Origin: Eledone cirrhosa | Lineage: Eukaryota | DNA length: 64,000 nt | Assembly (NCBI GenBank): GCA_964016885.1 | Contig: OZ024743.1 | Span: 27,218,001 to 27,282,000 of the forward strand | Reading direction: 5' to 3' | Part shown: positions 53,613 to 64,000 of the stretch, piece after piece | Layout of the letters: every line of letters starts with the position of its first letter | Position numbering within the stretch: the stretch's first letter is position 1 | Notes under the pieces: model-generated | The model's input: only the letters and a program-made list of their open reading frames with translations | The model's database searches: none | What the model was told of the DNA's origin: nothing | Position numbers and translations under genes: made by a program

Positions 53613-53803
53613 AATTGGTAGTATCGGTAGAACCCCGGGGAACATGCGTTGTGGCATCGAGTTGTGTCCCTTTACGTTCTTAGTTCAAATCTCGCCGAGG
53701 TTAGCTTTGCATTTCCCCCTTTCGGAGTCAATCAAATAAAGTATCACTAACGCACTGGGGTCGATCAACTTTACCCAGCCTTGTGTTAAAGAAGAAACAG
53801 TTA
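53613..53803 (+). mobile_element. SINE family A, diverged
   Basis: A and B boxes plus body. Confidence 0.75.
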
Positions 53804-53889
53804 TCTAGTTAGATTTGCTGAAAATATATTGACCATACATATAATGACACGATAAACAAATACATAGTTTTAAAAGGGAATAAGCTCAT

Positions 53890-54128
53890 AATGATTTCTA
53901 TTATAGGCACAAGGCCAGACATTTTGGAGGCGGGGGAAGTCGATTAAATGGACTCCAGTACTGACTGGTACTTTATTTTATCGACCCTGTAAGGATGAAA
54001 GGTAAAGCTAATCTCAGCGGTATTCGAACTCAGAATATAAAGGGCCATAACTGTATGCTGCAAAGCATGGCGTACGACGTTCTTATCGTATCATTGTATG
54101 TATGGTCCGATTCCGCCAATCCCTCGCC
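53890..54128 (-). mobile_element. SINE family A, long-tail variant
   Basis: Reverse-complement body. Confidence 0.8.
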
Positions 54129-54141
54129 CTGGAAATAGCTA

Positions 54142-54324
54142 ATAATTGTTTCTACATTTGGCACAAGACCAGCAATTACTCAGTACATTACTGGTACTTT
54201 ATTTTATCGACCCCGTAAGGATGAAAGCAAAGTTAATCTCGACGGGATTTGAACTCAGACCGCAAAGGGACGTAACTATGCTAGAAAGCACGGCATCCAG
54301 CCCTGTACTTATATTGCCAATTCA
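54142..54324 (-). mobile_element. SINE family A
   Basis: Reverse complement, close to 9419-9604. Confidence 0.88.
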
Positions 54325-54477
54325 CTGAATGATGTGTATAATTGGCTGTTATTTCCAGCAGGCCTTTACACAATAGTTGTTTAGATGGTCCCTTCTTAGT
54401 TGGAGCTATGTTTTATTTCAACTCTATTTTTCTGACCGTCTATAACTGTCTATGTCTGTCTGACATTGTCCGTCCGT

Positions 54478-54554
<77 letters not shown>

Positions 54555-55043
54555 TATTCACATCTATATATACTGTTTTCCTTTCCAATAAACTTATATA
54601 CAGAAATTAAAATATAGTATGTCTTATCATTTGTTTCAATTTTGTCTTGGCAACCCGTATTTTGCTGTACCCAACCGTCTTGGCAAAGTAAATTGACTGT
54701 TTTTACGGTATAACTCTAAAAAAGAAAAAAATGCATACATATACACGCACACACACACGCGCACATACACACGCACACGCACACGCACACACACACACAC
54801 AAAACACACACAAAACACACACATATATATTCCTATATCCATATTATGTTGTAGGGAATGATTGCGTAGCATTAAGGATATACAGATATGTGATAGAAAT
54901 AGTCTGTTATGAAAGAGTAGCAACAATCAGGAAAACGATGGTCGTATATCATCATAGTTTCAACGCTACATCAATATAGCTGCACGCACGCACACACGCA
55001 CGCACGCACGCACGCACACATACACACACACACACATACACAC

Positions 55044-55075
<32 letters not shown>

Positions 55076-55264
55076 ATAATTGTTTCTTTTTTTGGCACAA
55101 GGCCACCAATCACGCCAGTGCATTACTGGTACTTTATTTTATCGACCCCGTAAGGACGAAAGGCAAAATTAACCTTGGCGGGATTTGAACTCAGATCATA
55201 AAGGGACGTAACTCTATGCTTCAAAGCATGGCGTCCGACCCGCTACCGATACTGCCAATCCACT
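55076..55264 (-). mobile_element. SINE family A
   Basis: Reverse complement of the full SINE. Confidence 0.9.
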
Positions 55265-55782
55265 AATAGTGAGTATAACCGAAATTCCAGCTGCGAATAG
55301 CAGGTTCGGAATCGATCTTTGGAGGCTGCCATGGAGCACTCAATGAGATGAAATCAATAGATTAATGCTCAGAGTGATAACATAAGTTAGGTAATGTGAT
55401 ACAATGAAAAATGCGACCTGAGGCGTGCTGCCACCTTAATACTACAATAACGAAAATACAAAGAGGTTAAATATGAACCTAGACCTGCTCGATAGATTGA
55501 GATATCTTCGATATGTTTCTGGGAAATCGTAAGCTACACACCAAGTTGCGTAACATGCAAGTGAGTAATGTATCCTAAGATGGAACGAGAATATCCCTTT
55601 CTCAACAGGTATTTCATTCCGGTATCCACTAAGCACGGCTTATGAACCCGACTGCCAACTAATACAGCTATAATTTTGGCAGTGGGGTCACATGTCCTTT
55701 GTTAATATATATATATACATATATATTAACAGTTTGACTTATTTACGCATTTCTTGCTGTTTCAAGACGAAAACGTGTATTT

Positions 55783-56015
55783 GGACCCCGTACAGTCGAG
55801 CCCCTCCGCAAGATCGGAATGTCGGCAGCCCGTCTGAGGAAGGAACACCACAAATTGGGGTGGCTGTTGAAGCCGGTGTCGCTGGCCATTGTCCGCGGGT
55901 ATGCTTTTGCGGTCTTGTCCACGGGCGCAGCCACTTTACCGCCGCGCCCTAGGCCCAGAGACCAATAACCCCCTCCGCCACCCTATTCTTCTGTGACACT
56001 AGAGTTCTTGCCATT
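55783..56015 (+). mobile_element. CRE-clade 3' fragment (family B)
   Basis: GPRTVEPLRKIG..LGWLLKPVSLAIVRG; 3' UTR ttctgtgacactagag shared with 3690-4010. Confidence 0.75.
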
Positions 56016-56754
56016 CCCTCCCCTTCTCCGTTTTTTCTCTTTTATTTTTTTATCATATTTTCCTATTTTAGATTCCGTTCCTTCTTCTTAATCTAAATTT
56101 TCCCTCTTTTCATTTTCTATTACACTGTATATACTTGATATATTCCACGAATAAATTATATTTCAAACCATTAAAAAGAATCGGGTGCATTTGAAAAGAG
56201 TAAAATATGATGGAGAATGAAGTTTGGGGCCATCCTGCTAAGGGCCTTTATTGGTTGGTTCAGGTCATGGCTGAAGACAGAATAAGAAAAGAAAGAAGAA
56301 GCAAAATACAAAAGAGAAAAAAAGACGCAAACAGCAAACCAGCTAACGATAAAAAAACCCACACACTTAAAACACACACAATCAACGACAATAACACACA
56401 CACACACAGACGAAAGCGCAGACGCAAACGCATATACAAATACGAAATACGAAAAACGTACCAGAAAACGAAATAACGGCATAACGACAAAATGAAATAG
56501 AAGTGTAAGACCATCTACTGTCTCTCATCCTATTTCTTCGCTACCTCCCTTTTCTGACCCCCCTCCTCCCTGCCCACTCCCTTTTTTCTCTCCTTCCTCT
56601 CCTTGCTCTCCCTTTTTATTGCTCTCCTTGCTCTCCCTTTTTATTGCTCTCCCCGCTCTCCCCCTTTCCTTGTATCTATGTATTTGTTTATATACAAATA
56701 CAATGAGAAAAGGGGAGCAAGGAGGAATATGAAAGCAAGGATAGTAAGGAGAGT

Positions 56755-56768
56755 ATATATATATACAT

Positions 56769-56817
<49 letters not shown>

Positions 56818-57010
56818 GTATATATATATATGTATATATATATATGTATATATATATATGTATATATATATATATGTATATATATATATGTATATATATG
56901 TATATATATATATATGTATATATATATATGTATATATATGTATATATATATATATGTATATATATATATGTATATATATATATGTATATATATATATGTA
57001 TATATATATG

Positions 57011-57055
<45 letters not shown>

Positions 57056-57240
57056 GTATATATATATGTATGTATATATATATGTGTATATATATGTATG
57101 TATATATATATATGTATGTATATATATATATATGTATATATATATATGTATATATGTATATATATATGTATATATATATGTATATATATATGTATATATA
57201 TATGTATATATATATGTATATATATATGTATATATATATG

Positions 57241-57273
<33 letters not shown>

Positions 57274-57298
57274 GTATATATATATGTATATATATATG

Positions 57299-57329
<31 letters not shown>

Positions 57330-57345
57330 GTATATATATATATAT
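56755..57345. repeat. (TA)nTG interrupted microsatellite array
   Basis: Direct observation. Confidence 0.95.
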
Positions 57346-58339
57346 GAAATATAAGAATCAAAGAACTGTTCAAAACATTTTTGTGCTTACAACTGTTTCC
57401 TCCAAACCGAGGTTTGGATTCTTCGGAGCAATTTATTAATGAATGGACAGTTATATGACCTCCTTTTCACCCAAGAGACATACAGATACATATGCAAATA
57501 TTATGGGTCAACATTCATTACAGCATTTAGAGTAGCAGTACACACTTAGAGGTAACATTCATATTAAATGGTACAATAAAAAATACAGGTTAAAATACAT
57601 GAAAATAAGCGGTTATATAGTGCAAATGTTATATGTGTGACAAGCACGTGCGTCTTGTTTATATAGTGTGGCAGAGAGTTACGTGTAGTAGAAGAACTTA
57701 GGTAGGTAAACAAGAGTGTTAGGTTGGTTGATCTGGTGGAAAATTTTTTATATGATTGTTATAGTCTGTGTGTGGAGAAATGATATAAGCATTAAAAATA
57801 GTGCAAGCATTAAAAATATTAAAAGTATTGGAAATGCACAGCGAAGGGATGTTATGGACTTCATGTACTTCGACATTTTCATAGTCAGGGGAGTGTATTT
57901 TTCAGACTATATGCCCCTCACATAATCCACGACAATTCGATATTGCGCGTTTGACAATCCAGTTAGAGAATCGTAGTCTGATGTTCTTTAGTTCAATACA
58001 GGAGGCTGTTACGTTTCGAGAATCGACATTGAATACTACCCGGAAGTGTGTGTGTGGCTAAGGGGAGTTAATGCACGAGGGGAGGTAACTCCGAGGTTTC
58101 TATTACTAGCTATTGAAATGTGTCTCAAAATAGACCCTAATTTCTATGGTTATGCGCAACTTCTAAAAAATTTCTAAAGCATAAAGTGTTTTAACTATAG
58201 AGTAGTCTATTAAGTTGTGCTGAAGGTGTTCGTATTATTATGGTGAATTAACCCTCATCGTAGGGTGCCTCGGTTTGGAGGAAACAGTTGTAAGCACAAA
58301 AATGTTTTGAACAGTTCTTTGATTCTTATATTTCATATA
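57341..58339 (-). mobile_element. Penelope-like element remnant with inverted terminal copy (arms 57341-57412 and 58268-58339)
   Basis: 72-bp perfect inverted repeat, hammerhead motif, and faint Cys-rich/GIY-YIG-like remnants in broken minus frames at about 57850-58100. Confidence 0.55.
57384..57430 (-). ncRNA. Type I hammerhead ribozyme motif, U4C core variant
   Basis: Minus strand UGCU-CCGAAGA-A-UCCAAAC-CUCG-GUUUGGA-G-GAAAC-AGUU-GUA-AGCA. Confidence 0.7.
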
Positions 58340-58526
58340 ACTGCTCTGTAAATCATCTGATGTTTTTACATTGAGCTACTTAACTTACTGGTAATAAGGT
58401 AGTAATATATTACTGCCTACCACTATTTAGGGTTTGTATAAAAAATATATATAACTGCAAAAGGTTTTTGTATTTACATAACCATAAATAGTATGATTAA
58501 TACTAATTAATTAATACTAATTAATA

Positions 58527-61401
<2,875 letters not shown>

Positions 61402-61551
61402 AGGGTTAAAATACTGGAGCGTGTTGGAGTTAAACACCCTCTTCGTATTATAGAAATGACAGTAAAAGGTATAGCTCAATGTAGTTAAACAGAGCCGAAA
61501 AATTAAGAGAGTAAAACAAAGAAGCCTTCAATACATCAAAAGTCTTTATTA

Positions 61552-61589
61552 GCCGACAATGTTTCGTCCTATTAAGGACTCATCAGGGC
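61552..61589 (-). ncRNA. Minimal type I hammerhead ribozyme
   Basis: GCC-CUGAUGA-GUCCU-UAAU-AGGAC-GAAAC-AUU-GUC-GGC followed by UAAUAAA. Confidence 0.88.
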
Positions 61590-62290
61590 AATTAAAACAA
61601 CAAGAAGTAATATCGGCAGATACAAGCCGGAAGCTCCGAAGAATATGGAGTGTACATACACTAAAGTATTGCAAAAATATATAATAAAAATAATAAAAAT
61701 ATATAATAAAAATTACTAAGGATGTATATAACATTAAGAACCATATTACAAATATAGTCCAAAGCAAAAAAACATAGAGCTAAACAAAGGTGGTTATATA
61801 GAGCAGGAATTATATATAATACAATGTAATATAATATAATATAATATACCTTTATCAACATTAAAATTACAATAAAAATCAAAAGGTACAATATGCATAT
61901 GTATATATGTGCGCACACGTACACACACATACACATACAACAATACACACATCCATATGTGCGCACATATATACATATGCATATTGTACCTTTTGATTTT
62001 TATTGTAATTTTAATGTTGGTAAAGGTATATTATATTATATTATATTATATTACATTGTATTATATATAATTCCTGCTCTGTATAACCACTTTTGTTTAG
62101 CTCTAGGTTTTTTTGCTTTGGACTATATTTGTAATATGGTTCTTAATGTTATATACATCCTTAGTAATTTTTATTATATATTTTTATTATTTTTATTATA
62201 TATTTTTGCAATACTTTAGTGTATGTACACTCCATATTCTTCGGAGCTTCCGGCTTGTATCTGCCGATATTACTTCTTGTTGTTTTAATT

Positions 62291-62328
62291 GCCCTGATGA
62301 GTCTTTAATAGGACGAAACATTGTCGGC
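62291..62328 (+). ncRNA. Minimal type I hammerhead ribozyme
   Basis: GCC-CUGAUGA-GUCUU-UAAU-AGGAC-GAAAC-AUU-GUC-GGC; predicted cleavage after C62325; AATAAA at 62330-62335. Confidence 0.88.
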
Positions 62329-62378
62329 TAATAAAGACTTTTGATGTATTGAAGGCTTCTTTGTTTTACTCTCTTAAT

Positions 62379-63076
<698 letters not shown>

Positions 63077-63504
63077 AAATAAAACAATGAAACAGTTCCT
63101 TATATTAAACAAAAAAAGTTCATTATTTAACGATCGTTTCTAGGATATATATGTGTTAGAATTGGCATGCATATTCAACAGATCTATGTACAAAATTATA
63201 CAAAATTATACAAACTATCAAAATTAAATATACAGACCCAACACATATATATGCCGTCTTCAGAAATAATGAAATATATTTATTGATAATAACAACAATT
63301 CAAAATTTCAGGTCCGTTTGGGAACAGAGTTCAAATTGACCAATGAAAATACAAAAAATTTTATGCAGTTTGGTGTGTGTATATACATGTAATTAACTTC
63401 ATACACATATTTACATAAAGATATATGTTGACATGCATACGCATGCCAAAAAGATGTATGAAAATACAAAAATTCAAGGCTAATGTCTCTGTAAGTCTAT
63501 AATA

Positions 63505-64000
<496 letters not shown>

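Larger units (their letters stand above)
61502..62378. repeat. Fold-back element: arms of about 416 bp (61502-61917 and 61958-62378), 40-nt spacer
   Basis: Arms are reverse complements with roughly five substitutions and one 5-bp indel; identical 72-aa ORFs on opposite strands. Confidence 0.97.

Noticed and set aside
61549-62331. Two identical 72-aa hydrophobic ORFs (MLWTIFVIWF...)
   Set aside because: By-product of the inverted repeat in AT-rich sequence; non-ATG start and no coding evidence

Overview
AT-rich, microsatellite-saturated eukaryotic DNA. The SINE families, microsatellite load and LINE complement look cephalopod (Octopus-like); that assignment is inferred, not verified. No host protein-coding gene can be supported, and most long ORFs are translated (TA)n, (CA)n or (TATG)n tracts. 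The window holds a near-full-length degenerate Dong/R4-clade LINE inserted in (TATG)n, a degenerate RTE LINE, two bipartite non-autonomous RTE derivatives, seven CRE-clade fragments, CR1, Vingi/Ingi, RTEX and Dong fragments, about 20 tRNA-derived SINEs and two hAT MITEs. The most striking signal is a set of sequence-unrelated, ORF-less fold-back (inverted-repeat) elements, mostly abutting (TA)n arrays, that carry type I hammerhead ribozyme (HHR) motifs. Complete motifs lie at 12466-12506(-), 57384-57430(-), 61552-61589(-) and 62291-62328(+). In three separate elements the inverted copy begins at or near hammerhead stem II, which suggests a ribozyme-hairpin-primed fold-back mechanism in Penelope-like (PLE) or retrozyme-like elements.
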